Below are positions 19,497 through 28,843 of a stretch of DNA of 64,000 nt, piece after piece. Both the position numbers and the translations under genes were made by a program. Numbering within the stretch: position 1 is the first letter of the stretch; each line of letters starts with the position of its first letter. The stretch comes from Myxococcales bacterium (lineage in GTDB: Bacteria > Myxococcota_A > UBA9160 > UBA4427): NCBI GenBank assembly GCA_012959805.1, contig DUCN01000057.1, positions 38,074 to 102,073 of the forward strand. Direction: 5' to 3'. Below the pieces are notes generated by a model, which saw only the letters and a list, made by a program, of their open reading frames with translations, had not been told where the DNA came from and did not search any database.

Positions 19497-19729
19497 GCGG
19501 TGGTCGCAGACGCATTCATGTCGCGTGCATGATCATCATCGTGCTTCTTTACGTGATCTCCGTGCCCTGGTATCGCGACGTGGACCAACCCCTCCAGGTC
19601 TGGCTCGGTCTGCCAGATTGGGTCGCCGTGGCACTTCTCTGTTATGTCGGCGTCGCCATCGTGAACGGCGTGGCCTGGTCTGTGGCGGAGGTCTCCGATG
19701 AGTCCGATGATTCCGGGGAACCCAGATGA
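19493..19729 (+). CDS. Small two-TM partner of the sodium:solute symporter (DUF3311-like)
   Basis: 78 aa, two hydrophobic segments around PWY...WLGLPDW; ATGA overlaps with both neighbours. Confidence 0.7.
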   Translation: MSGGRRRIHVACMIIIVLLYVISVPWYRDVDQPLQVWLGLPDWVAVALLCYVGVAIVNGVAWSVAEVSDESDDSGEPR

Positions 19730-21231
19730 ATTTCGGCATCTGGGGTGTGGTCTCGCTGCTGGTCTATCTCGCCGCACTTCTGGGCGTTGCCGAAGTGGCC
19801 AACCGCGCAAAGCGGGATTCATCGCCGTCGGACCATTTTCTCGCAGGACGTTCGCTGGGCACCTTCGTGCTTTTCTTGACACTGTATGCGACCGCGTATA
19901 GTGGCAATTCGCTGCTGGGCTACCCAGGCCGCGCCTATCGAGATGGTTATTCGTTCATCATGGCGACGGGATTCATGATGGCGATCATCGTTGCATTTCA
20001 TGTCATCGTTCCACGACTGCGCCCGCTTGCGGTTCGGCATGCCTTCGTCACGCCAGGCGATTATGTTCGGCTTCGATTCGAGGGTCCTTGGGCGCGCCCC
20101 TTGCGGTTGGCCATCGGTATCCTGATGAGTCTGGCGCTTGCGAATTTCCTGTTGGCGCAACTGAAAGCCATGGGGGAAGTCGCGAGCGTCGTGACGGACG
20201 GACGCATTCCCTATCCGTTAGGCGTCGTGGGCCTCGCGGGCATCATCCTCTTCTACGAGACCCGCGGTGGAATGCGGGCGGTCGCCTGGACCGATGCGGC
20301 CCAGGGAATCGTTATGCTCGTCGGACTATCGGCGCTTCTGGCCTGGCTGCTCGGTGAAGCCGGTGGCCTTTCTGAGATTACGCATGCGGTGGCCGAAAGA
20401 CGCCCCGAAGCGGTTCGAGTGCCTTCCGCGACTGTGTCCATCAACTGGTTCAGCACGATCGCGCTGATGGGTCTGGCCAGCGTGCTTTACCCGCAGGCGA
20501 TCCAGCGGATCTTTGCAGCGAAGAGTGGACGCGCCCTCAAGCGCTCGTTTGCAGGCATGACCTTCATGCCTTTGGCTACGACTCTCGTTGTCACGCTGAT
20601 CGGGGTGGCCGCGATCGCGCGGTTCGATATCCAGGGTGCGGTCGCCACCGATGAAGTCGTTCCTCTCTTACTTCACGAGTGGGGCTCTGCGGGCGGCTAT
20701 TCGACGGCCGCGGCGTTGCTTGTTTTCCTGGGTGCCTTGTCCGCGATCATGTCGACGGCGGATTCCTGCCTACTGTCGCTGGGATCGCTTCTCAGCCGTG
20801 ATGTACTCGGGCGCGAAAGCCGTGATGAAGCCGCAACACGCTTGGGGAAGCGGCTGGCAGCCGCGATTCTTGTGGCAACGATTCCCTTCGCGCTGTATCG
20901 CGATCTCACGCTCTGGCGCCTCATTGAATTGAAAATGGAATTACTGATCCAATGCGTACCCGCCTTCCTGATCGCGCTGCATTGGTCCCGGCTTCGCGCC
21001 GGTCCGGTCCTGGCCGGAATAGTCGTTGGGACTGTGTTTTCTGCCGGATTGACGCTCGGGGGCGTCACTCGGATCGAGGGCTTGCACGTTGGCGTCGTCG
21101 GCTGCGCTCTGAACGCGATCGTGGCTGTTGGCGGAACTCTCCTTTCGGGCTCCGCAGACCAACAATCGGCAGGCCGATCGCAGGCCCCGGCAGAACTTCA
21201 CCTTAAGCACGAAATAGACAAGTACTCCTAG
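19726..21231 (+). CDS. Sodium:solute symporter family transporter
   Basis: HFLAGRSLG, ATAYSG, GGMRAVAWTD.AQG, AIMSTADS; many TM helices. Confidence 0.93.
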   Translation: MNFGIWGVVSLLVYLAALLGVAEVANRAKRDSSPSDHFLAGRSLGTFVLFLTLYATAYSGNSLLGYPGRAYRDGYSFIMATGFMMAIIVAFHVIVPRLRPLAVRHAFVTPGDYVRLRFEGPWARPLRLAIGILMSLALANFLLAQLKAMGEVASVVTDGRIPYPLGVVGLAGIILFYETRGGMRAVAWTDAAQGIVMLVGLSALLAWLLGEAGGLSEITHAVAERRPEAVRVPSATVSINWFSTIALMGLASVLYPQAIQRIFAAKSGRALKRSFAGMTFMPLATTLVVTLIGVAAIARFDIQGAVATDEVVPLLLHEWGSAGGYSTAAALLVFLGALSAIMSTADSCLLSLGSLLSRDVLGRESRDEAATRLGKRLAAAILVATIPFALYRDLTLWRLIELKMELLIQCVPAFLIALHWSRLRAGPVLAGIVVGTVFSAGLTLGGVTRIEGLHVGVVGCALNAIVAVGGTLLSGSADQQSAGRSQAPAELHLKHEIDKYS

Positions 21232-21323
21232 ATATTTAGCCTCATTTAGTTCAAGCATTTTACGAGAGATCGCAGATCGCCACCACAAGGATTCGAGACC
21301 CGATTGGGTCGATTCGAACTCTC

Positions 21324-21545
21324 GTGCGAATGAGGCGGACTGTGATGTGGACTGTAGTGGGCTTGACGTGTGTGGCTTGGACGAGTCTGGAACTCGTGCG
21401 TCCCTGGAACGCGAGCCGAGTCGCCATCGCGTTGGACTGCGAGCGGCCTCACGCCAAAGCACGTCTCGCGATGAATCGACAGCGCTTTGCTGCCTGGGAT
21501 GAAAGCGGCCGCATGATCGTCGTTGAAGATCTCGGCCACCACTGA
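21324..21545 (+). CDS. Possible small membrane-anchored hypothetical protein
   Basis: Basic N-terminus then a hydrophobic stretch (TVMWTVVGLTCVAW); fills an otherwise empty gap. No family recognised. Confidence 0.3.
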   Translation: MRMRRTVMWTVVGLTCVAWTSLELVRPWNASRVAIALDCERPHAKARLAMNRQRFAAWDESGRMIVVEDLGHH

Positions 21546-21705
21546 GTCGGCGCCGAAGTACAGAACCAATTTACACCCAACCCATCAGCGCTTCGCTATT
21601 TTGAGGCCCGTCACTCAATCCGTGGATTCATCGTAATCCCTGCTCGTCGGTGATCACTCACCGAAGCAGGGTTCGAGAATTCCTCTAATTGAAAGGGTCT
21701 GAAAT

Positions 21706-23808
21706 TTGCCGTCCGCTGAAACGAATCCGCTGCATTCATTCGGAACGCTCCCGCGATTCGATCTCATCCGGCCGAGCCATGTCGAGCCGGCGATTCGGGA
21801 TCTGATCGAGACGCTCTCCGTCGAACTCGAACAGCTGGAAAAGAATCTCGAGCCCACCTGGTCGGGGCTCATCGAAAAACTCGAATCGATGAGTGAGCAA
21901 CTGGGTTATGCCTGGGGACTCGTCGGGCATCTGATGGGCGTCCAAAATAGTGACGCGCTTCGCGATGCCCATTCGGCCGTACAGGGCGAACTCGTAGTCT
22001 TTGGATTGCGTCAGGCACAGAGCCGCCCGATTTTCGAAGGTCTCGAAGCACTGCGATCGGGACCGAGCTTCCGCTCACTCGAAGGGCCCCAGAAACGCAT
22101 CATCGAGAATCTCTTGCGTGAGGCTCAGCATTCCGGCGTAGGCCTGGCGGATGCTGAAAGGGAGCGTTTCAACGAGATTGCCGCAGAACTCGCCGAACTC
22201 GGAACGAAGTTCAGCAATCACCTGCTCGATGCGACGAACGATTTCGAACTGACGATCATGGATCCCTCGGACATGGCCGGGATCCCCGACAGCCTCAAGG
22301 CGCTCACCGCTCAGGATGCTCGGAGTCATGGGGCCCCCGAGGCCACGCCGGAGGACGGACCGTGGCGCCTCACCCTGGACGCACCGATCTTGATTCCGTT
22401 TCTCGAACATGGTCAACAAAGATCGCGTCGAGAGGAGCTCTATCGCGCCTATGTCACACGGGCCAGCAGCGGCGAGTTTGATAACACGCCGATCATCGAA
22501 CAGATCCTGTCACGACGACACGAGATGGCCGAACTCCTGGGGTTTTCGAGTTACGCCGATCTATCGATCGATTCAAAGATGGCGCCGGAACTGTCTGCGG
22601 TCGAAGACCTGCTGGAAGAACTTCGATCCGCCTCGATGGATTCAGCGCGGGGCGAACTAGACGCCCTGCGCGAGTTTGCAGCGCAAGACAAGACGCGAAA
22701 TGACGAGGGGAGCGAATCCGGGGAGAGCCTCGAACTCTGGGACGTGGCCTTCTATGCCGAGAGGCTTCGGGAGGCGCGCTTCGACTACTCCGAGGAAGCG
22801 CTACGACCGTATTTCCCGCTGCCGTACGTGTTGGATGGGTTGTTCGCCCTGGCCAACCGGCTATTCGGGGTTTCGATTGTGGCGGCGGATGGTGACACGC
22901 CGGTCTGGCATCCCGATGTTCGTTTCTTCCGCGTGACGGACGCTGGCAGTGAGCCCATCGCGTCTTTTTTCCTCGACCCCTATTCGCGCTCGGGCGAAAA
23001 GCGAGGCGGCGCGTGGATGGATGAATGCCTGGGTCGCAACGCGCGAACCGGCGGACTTCCGGTGGCCTATCTCGTCTGCAACCAGACGCCGCCGGTCGGT
23101 GATTCGCCCTCGCTCATGTCCTTCGGCGAAGTGTTGACGCTCTTTCATGAATTCGGTCACGGCCTCCAACACATGCTGACCCGAGTCGAACACACCTTGG
23201 CCGCTGGGATTCGCAATATTGAATGGGATGCGGTCGAGCTGCCCAGTCAGTTCATGGAAAACTGGTGCTACCACAAAGAGACTCTGCTCGGACTCTCGAA
23301 GCATTTCGAAACCGGCGAGCGACTTCCGGATGAGCTCTACGAGAAGATCAAAGCGGCTCGGACCTATCGAGCAGCGAGCCAGATGCTTCGCCAGCTCTAT
23401 TTTTCGTCCATGGATCTCGCGCTTCATTCAAAGGTGAGGGCCGAATCAGGTGAAGATATCCTCCTTGTTCAGCGCCGGATTGCGGAAACGACAACCGTGA
23501 TGGCGCCGCTGCCAGAGGATCGATTTCTCTGCAGCTTCGGTCATATCTTTGCCGGTGGTTATGCGGCCGGATATTACAGCTACAAGTGGGCGGAGGTTCT
23601 CTCAGCGGATGCCTTTTCGGCGTTCGAAGAGGCGGGGCTCGGCGAGCCCGCGGCAGTGGCGGAAACCGGTCGGCGTTTTCGAGAGACTGTGCTCTCACTG
23701 GGCGGCGGCACCGCTCCCATGGAAGTCTTTGAGGCATTTCGCGGGCGAGCGCCATCGCCGGACGCGCTGCTTCGTCACTCGGGCCTGACATCCGAGGCGA
23801 GTACTTGA
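21706..23808 (+). CDS. prlC: Oligopeptidase A (M3 metallopeptidase)
   Basis: KRGGAWMD, FHEFGHGLQH, WDAVELPSQFMENW, GGYAAGYYSYKWAEVL. Confidence 0.95.
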   Translation: MPSAETNPLHSFGTLPRFDLIRPSHVEPAIRDLIETLSVELEQLEKNLEPTWSGLIEKLESMSEQLGYAWGLVGHLMGVQNSDALRDAHSAVQGELVVFGLRQAQSRPIFEGLEALRSGPSFRSLEGPQKRIIENLLREAQHSGVGLADAERERFNEIAAELAELGTKFSNHLLDATNDFELTIMDPSDMAGIPDSLKALTAQDARSHGAPEATPEDGPWRLTLDAPILIPFLEHGQQRSRREELYRAYVTRASSGEFDNTPIIEQILSRRHEMAELLGFSSYADLSIDSKMAPELSAVEDLLEELRSASMDSARGELDALREFAAQDKTRNDEGSESGESLELWDVAFYAERLREARFDYSEEALRPYFPLPYVLDGLFALANRLFGVSIVAADGDTPVWHPDVRFFRVTDAGSEPIASFFLDPYSRSGEKRGGAWMDECLGRNARTGGLPVAYLVCNQTPPVGDSPSLMSFGEVLTLFHEFGHGLQHMLTRVEHTLAAGIRNIEWDAVELPSQFMENWCYHKETLLGLSKHFETGERLPDELYEKIKAARTYRAASQMLRQLYFSSMDLALHSKVRAESGEDILLVQRRIAETTTVMAPLPEDRFLCSFGHIFAGGYAAGYYSYKWAEVLSADAFSAFEEAGLGEPAAVAETGRRFRETVLSLGGGTAPMEVFEAFRGRAPSPDALLRHSGLTSEAST

Positions 23809-24206
23809 CCCAGGAGGAAAAGGGCTGGCGCCCGGTCTATCGCATCGTTTGCCGGATTCCGGCTGGGCAGGTCGCGACCTACGGCCAGATCGCCGCGATG
23901 TCCGGGATGCCGCGAGCAGCACGACAGGTCGGCTGGGCATTGGCTGCGCTGGGGGAAGAGGATGACGTACCCTGGCATCGGGTGATCAATGCCCAGGGCG
24001 AGATCAGTCCCCGCGGTGGTCCCGAGGCCGTCGATCTTCAGCGTGCGCTTCTCAAATCCGAGGGAATTGAATTCAATCGACGTGATCGCATCGACTTAGA
24101 TCGCTATTGCTGGTTGCCGGGAAGTCGAAAAACAAAGAGTGCGAAGAAAGCCGCGAAGAAGTCGGCCCACAAGAATCCGCAGACCAGAAGAGGAAGTGCC
24201 AGATGA
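23805..24206 (+). CDS. Alkyltransferase-like protein (ATL; MGMT fold without catalytic Cys)
   Basis: IPAGQVATYGQIA...ARQVG...PWHRV (W where MGMT has PCHRV), QRALLKSEG. Confidence 0.9.
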   Translation: MTQEEKGWRPVYRIVCRIPAGQVATYGQIAAMSGMPRAARQVGWALAALGEEDDVPWHRVINAQGEISPRGGPEAVDLQRALLKSEGIEFNRRDRIDLDRYCWLPGSRKTKSAKKAAKKSAHKNPQTRRGSAR

Positions 24207-24439
24207 TCAAACTCGCAATCGACTTCGAGAATCCGGGCAAAGAATGGTGGGATAGTGGGGGCCGCGAATTGTGGGAATCCATCACCGAGGCCTTCGACAA
24301 CAACGATGTCGCCGTCGACGAATCGATTGCCGAATCATGGCTGGTTGAAGCCGCACGTATTCCGGGATGGATGGGTGGACCCGAATGGGCGCCTCATCCG
24401 GTCTGTCTGAAGCAGGTCGACGAGGACGAAATCGTTTGA
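24203..24439 (+). CDS. Small acidic Trp-rich hypothetical protein (78 aa)
   Basis: ATGA overlap with the atl stop, GAAGAGGAAG RBS, TTGA overlap with the next gene. Confidence 0.7.
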   Translation: MIKLAIDFENPGKEWWDSGGRELWESITEAFDNNDVAVDESIAESWLVEAARIPGWMGGPEWAPHPVCLKQVDEDEIV

Positions 24440-25857
24440 GTCCCGATTCGTTCCCAGCAGGGGAGCGGTCCACCCTGCTCGACCAGGTTCCCGATCTTGT
24501 TCCCACGCTTGCGCGGGCCGTGTCCTCGATCGGTGGACGCCTGGTCCTAGTGGGTGGCTGGGTGCGTGATGGTCTGAATGGAGATCACTCAAAGGATCTT
24601 GATGTCGAAATTTTCGGCTTGTCCGAAGATGAAATCACGAAGCTGCTCTCGCCCTTTGGATTTACAAAGCCGGTCGGCCGAGAATTCTCGGTCTGGCGTC
24701 AGATGCGCCAGGGCATCGATGTGGCGCTGCCGCGCGGTGGTGGCGAACGCTTCCGGCCGAGCGCGGGGGACTCACTCGACGAAGCCTTTCGCGAGGCGAG
24801 TCGGCATCGGGACCTAACGATCAACGCGGTCGGATGGGACCCGATGGCTGATCGAGTGATCGATCCGTGGAATGGTCAGCATGATCTCCGGGCGAGACGA
24901 TTGAAGGCGGTATCGGCAGAGACTTTCGGATCGGATCCTCTTCGGGTCCTGCGAGTGGCGAGGCTGAAGGCTCGCTTCGAGGCACAAGTCGATTCGAATC
25001 TCGAAGCGATTTGTCGCGGGATCGACTTGCAGGAGCTTGCCCCGGAGAGAGTTGCCGCGGAGCTTTGGCGAATTCTGTGCGAGTCCCCACGTCCCTCGAT
25101 CGCCTTCGAATTCCTGGCGAGCATCGATCAAGTCGGAGTCTTCGCGCCGATCGAGGCGCTCCAGGGCGTCGCGCAGGATCCGGAATGGCATCCTGAAGGC
25201 GATGTCTTCGTTCATACCTGTCTGGTGGTTGATCGCGCCGCAGAGATTTCGCGGGCAGAGGCGTTGTCTGGAGACGAGCAGATTCTGCTGATGGTTTCGG
25301 CCCTTTGTCACGATCTGGGGAAGCCGACGACGACAAAGGTCGAAGCCGATGGCCGCATTCGATCACTCCAGCACGAGGCCGAGAGCGCCCGGCAGACACA
25401 GTCCTGGCTCAACACACTCTGCCTGGGCGAGGGTCGTATTCGCGCCGTCGTCGGACTAGTGGCCCAACATCTGGCACCGGCACAGTTCGTGAGTCAGGGA
25501 GCCGGCGCGCGCGCCTATCGTCGATTGGCTCGAAAACTCGAGCCCGCTGGCGTAACCGTGGTTGAACTCGAGCGTCTGGCGCGTGCCGACCATTTGGGTC
25601 GCACGACCGCTGACGCCGAAGCGGGTCGATTCGAAGCGGGCGAGCGGTTCCTCGAGGCGGCGAGGAGCGCTGACATTCATGAGGGCGTGCGACCGGATGT
25701 CGTTTCCGCCTCCATGCTGATGGCACGGGGAATCGTTCCGGGGCCTGCGTTGGGACATATGCTCGCTCGCTGCCGCGAAATCGAGGATGCGACGGGTAGC
25801 CAAGACGCTTCGTCCATCGCAGAGACGGTCCTGCGAGAATTCGAAACGGACCAGTGA
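24436..25857 (+). CDS. Class II tRNA nucleotidyltransferase with HD phosphohydrolase domain
   Basis: VGGWVRD..DLDVE, HRDLTINA, DPLRVLRVAR, ERV..E, WHPEGDV..HT, LCHDLGK. Probable TTG start at 24436. Confidence 0.88.
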   Translation: MSPDSFPAGERSTLLDQVPDLVPTLARAVSSIGGRLVLVGGWVRDGLNGDHSKDLDVEIFGLSEDEITKLLSPFGFTKPVGREFSVWRQMRQGIDVALPRGGGERFRPSAGDSLDEAFREASRHRDLTINAVGWDPMADRVIDPWNGQHDLRARRLKAVSAETFGSDPLRVLRVARLKARFEAQVDSNLEAICRGIDLQELAPERVAAELWRILCESPRPSIAFEFLASIDQVGVFAPIEALQGVAQDPEWHPEGDVFVHTCLVVDRAAEISRAEALSGDEQILLMVSALCHDLGKPTTTKVEADGRIRSLQHEAESARQTQSWLNTLCLGEGRIRAVVGLVAQHLAPAQFVSQGAGARAYRRLARKLEPAGVTVVELERLARADHLGRTTADAEAGRFEAGERFLEAARSADIHEGVRPDVVSASMLMARGIVPGPALGHMLARCREIEDATGSQDASSIAETVLREFETDQ

Positions 25858-26092
25858 CTAACGACTGGCGACTAACGTAGGAGTCTTGGACGAATCGCCG
25901 GTTTGCCGCTTCGCTCGAAAAACTGACAGGGCTCGCCCGACGATTAAAGAACGACTTGGGAAGGCAATTCGGGTGACTTGAACTCGTACGCGCGGCAGCC
26001 GCGCGGCTTGTCGGCCTCCTATGTGACGAAATAGTGGAGGCAGTCCGGAAGTTGCGATGAAGTTGGCACCGAAAGAGAACCTCTGATTTGCT

Positions 26093-27031
26093 CTAGCGCG
26101 CTAATTCGGCCATGAGTTCGAACATCTCGATTGGCCCGGGAGGCGGGGCTAGATCTCCAAACTCCCGATACAGGGTGAGGACATTCACAGCGATGCGTTC
26201 AGAATCGAGCCAGGCTGAATAGTCGGCCAGCTTGATGTCGAGGGCTGCTTCCCGTGCGCTGAGCCCTGCGTCGAATCGGATGCGCGCCTCATCGCGCACG
26301 TAGGCAAGATAATCGCGTACTGCCAGGACGCCCTTGATGTCGGTCAAAGGTCCGTGCCCGGGCACGATGATCTCGGGTTCGAGGGCGATGATCTTCTCAC
26401 ACGCATCGATCCAATTCGCCACGGGCCCCTCCCACATGATCGGCGTGCCATCGATGAAGAGAATGTCACCCGTGAAAACGGCGTGCGCGTCCGGCACGTG
26501 AATGATGACGTCGCCTCGCGTGTGGGCGGGTCCAACTTCGATCAACTCGACCGTGCGATCACCGACTTGGAGATCGAGTTGGCCGTCGAAGGTCTCGGTG
26601 GGTGGAGTGAATTGAATGCCGTCGAACTCGAATTCTCCGAAGGCCTGGCGTAGGAATTGACCGACTTCGCCGAGATCGTCCGCGCCCTTCAAGAACGCGG
26701 CCATGATCGTTGGGGGGACGGCGTTCATTTCTTCCGCGCTGGCCGTTGAGGAGATGATTCGCGCATCGCCGACCAACTCGTTGCCATAACAATGATCTCC
26801 GTTGGCATGGGTATTGACGAGAGTGTCAATTTTCCGGGCGGCTGGGGCGGCCGACGTCATCTCGTCGAGCATACGCTGGGTGAGCGGCAAGTCGTAGAGC
26901 GTGTCGACGAGCAGTGATTCCTCGCCGTCACACACTAGGCCGGCATTGCTCAAACCCCAGGATCCATCGGGTTGAAGATACGCAAAGAGTCCAGGTCCGA
27001 GATCTTCAAGCCGCGCATCGTCTCGCATCAT
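26093..27031 (-). CDS. MBL-fold metallo-hydrolase (cyclase-like)
   Basis: WGLSNAG, NTHANGDHCYGN, AHTRGD, FTGDILF, VPGHG. Confidence 0.9.
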   Translation of the reverse strand: MMRDDARLEDLGPGLFAYLQPDGSWGLSNAGLVCDGEESLLVDTLYDLPLTQRMLDEMTSAAPAARKIDTLVNTHANGDHCYGNELVGDARIISSTASAEEMNAVPPTIMAAFLKGADDLGEVGQFLRQAFGEFEFDGIQFTPPTETFDGQLDLQVGDRTVELIEVGPAHTRGDVIIHVPDAHAVFTGDILFIDGTPIMWEGPVANWIDACEKIIALEPEIIVPGHGPLTDIKGVLAVRDYLAYVRDEARIRFDAGLSAREAALDIKLADYSAWLDSERIAVNVLTLYREFGDLAPPPGPIEMFELMAELAR

Positions 27032-27222
27032 TTCTCCGTCTCTGGACCAGGGCGGCATCGATCATTCCGGTCTTCTTCCTGATTTCGGCCCGAGGGTCGC
27101 ACAAGTGCTGCCGAGTCGCCGGGCGGTTCGGTGTCACGCGCCGAGTGTGGGAAGGCGGATTTAACCGCCGGTCGTTGGCGTGGACCGCGATGCAGGGAAC
27201 CGGGCGGAGTGTGCGGAATTCC

Positions 27223-27251
27223 TCAACTTCTTGGCGGTTTTGCCGATGAGA
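27223..27251 (+). promoter_or_regulatory. Putative sigma28 (FliA/WhiG-type) promoter
   Basis: TCAA-N15-GCCGATGA, against consensus TAAA-N15-GCCGATAA; about 25 nt upstream of the ATG at 27276. Confidence 0.6.
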
Positions 27252-27275
27252 TAAAGGCAACCTTGAGGGGGAAGA

Positions 27276-27857
27276 ATGTCGACAAATGCCTTAATGCGCG
27301 TGGCTTATCGGGAAGCCGGTCGCGCCACCATCTGTGAGATTCTCTATGGACCCAACGTGCTGAAGCACGCGGTGATCGATGCCGAGGCCGGCGAGGGAGA
27401 GGTCGTTACATTCTCTGGTCTACCGCTGCCTATGGATTGTCGGCCGCCGCCGGGACGTCGGCGCGGGGAGCAGGTGGGTGTGGTTCCCGAGAAGCTGATC
27501 GATGCGCATGGGGTATTCGCATACGCGGGGATCGCAGCCGAACGAATCGCTCTTCGCAAGGATCGCTTCGCGGGTGTTGATCGGGTCGCCGAACTTGACT
27601 GGAATCGTTGGCTCGGCGCTGCACGTCGGGGTCGCGAGGAATTGGCCCGAATCGCCAAGCTGCTGAGCCTTAGCCGGCCTCCCGAAGAGTTCTACATGGC
27701 CTACTGCGAAGAGGCCGAACGACTGCTCCTTCCTGTCTGGCACACGGTGGAAGAACTCGCAGAAGCACTTCTCGAGCGACGCGAGCTTATGGGACATCAT
27801 GTAGACCGACTGGTTCATGGCGAAGAAGTTCTCGAAAGACCAGCATCGCCGATTTAG
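27276..27857 (+). CDS. Peptidase M41 (FtsH protease domain)-like protein lacking the zinc ligands
   Basis: AYREAGRA aligns to AYHEAGHA; AGIAAERI; C-terminal VEELAEALLERRELMG..VDRLV. Confidence 0.7.
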   Translation: MSTNALMRVAYREAGRATICEILYGPNVLKHAVIDAEAGEGEVVTFSGLPLPMDCRPPPGRRRGEQVGVVPEKLIDAHGVFAYAGIAAERIALRKDRFAGVDRVAELDWNRWLGAARRGREELARIAKLLSLSRPPEEFYMAYCEEAERLLLPVWHTVEELAEALLERRELMGHHVDRLVHGEEVLERPASPI

Positions 27858-27917
27858 TCAGTCTCCCGTAGAACGATGGCCGAGCCGTCTTTCGACACAC
27901 GGCACAAGGCGCCTACG

Positions 27918-27976
27918 AAAGAACCCGCACCCTTGTTCGACTGTTCTTGCTAGTCGACAAGGGGCGGGCTCTTTTT
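27918..27976. terminator. Probable bidirectional terminator between convergent genes
   Basis: AAAGAACCCGCACCCTTGTTCGACT...AGTCGACAAGGGGCGGGCTCTTTTT long hairpin with A/T flanks. Confidence 0.7.
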
Positions 27977-28038
27977 CGTGCGTGGCTCATTCCGATCGAG
28001 TTTTCACGCTCGACTGGAACAGCGTTGGATCTTGAGCT

Positions 28039-28680
28039 CTAGGCCTCGATGAGTCCTACGCGAATAGCAAACCGCACCAGGCCCGAAACTTTGTGAATGT
28101 CGAGTTTCTCCATCAGATTCGATCGATGCGAATCGATCGTCTTGAGCGAGACGCCCAGATCCGAAGCGATCTCCTTCGAAGAAAGTCCTTCGGCGATCAG
28201 TTTGAGAACCCCTCGCTCGCGCTCCGTCAACATCGAGATGCCGGATGGACTGCCGTCTCCGGGGCGTGCAATCGCGTCCACGACCTGTTGTGTGATGGCC
28301 GGGGACAGATATGAGGCCCCGGAATGCACGGCATCAATCGCGTTGTGCACGTCCTTGGACGCCGCATTCTTGACGACATAGCCGGCCGCCCCAGCACGCA
28401 GGACTTCCTCGACGTAGGCGCGACTCTCGTGCATCGAGAGGACGAGGATCTTGCTTTTACATCCCGCCTTATCAAGCTGACGGGTGGCGTCGATGCCCGA
28501 AAGTTTGGGCATATTGATATCCATCAAAACGACGTCGGGTTGTTTTTCCATGACGAGGGCAACGGCTTCTTCTCCGTTGGATGCCTCGCCAATGACCGTG
28601 AAATCTTCGCGTACTTCGAGCAGTCGAATCAGCCCCTCTCGAACGATCTGATGATCGTCCGCAACTACGATACTTACCAT
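28039..28680 (-). CDS. NarL/FixJ-family response regulator (REC + LuxR HTH)
   Basis: ADDHQIVREG, PDVVLMDINMP, LSMH, GYVVK, LTERER.VLKLIAEG.SSKEIA..L.VS.KT...HR.NLM.KL. Alternative start 28701. Confidence 0.95.
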   Translation of the reverse strand: MVSIVVADDHQIVREGLIRLLEVREDFTVIGEASNGEEAVALVMEKQPDVVLMDINMPKLSGIDATRQLDKAGCKSKILVLSMHESRAYVEEVLRAGAAGYVVKNAASKDVHNAIDAVHSGASYLSPAITQQVVDAIARPGDGSPSGISMLTERERGVLKLIAEGLSSKEIASDLGVSLKTIDSHRSNLMEKLDIHKVSGLVRFAIRVGLIEA

Positions 28681-28843
28681 TTTTGCCCCCGTTGCTTCCA
28701 TAGAATGACTGAGTGCTCTCCATCGAACTGCTAGGCAAAGGGTAATTGGGTTGGCTGAGGGGGGTATCAGGCGAATAGAGCGGATTGCGAACAATAATAC
28801 CGGGGGTTGAGGATAATTAAAAATTCACACTAAGGGTTTCACC

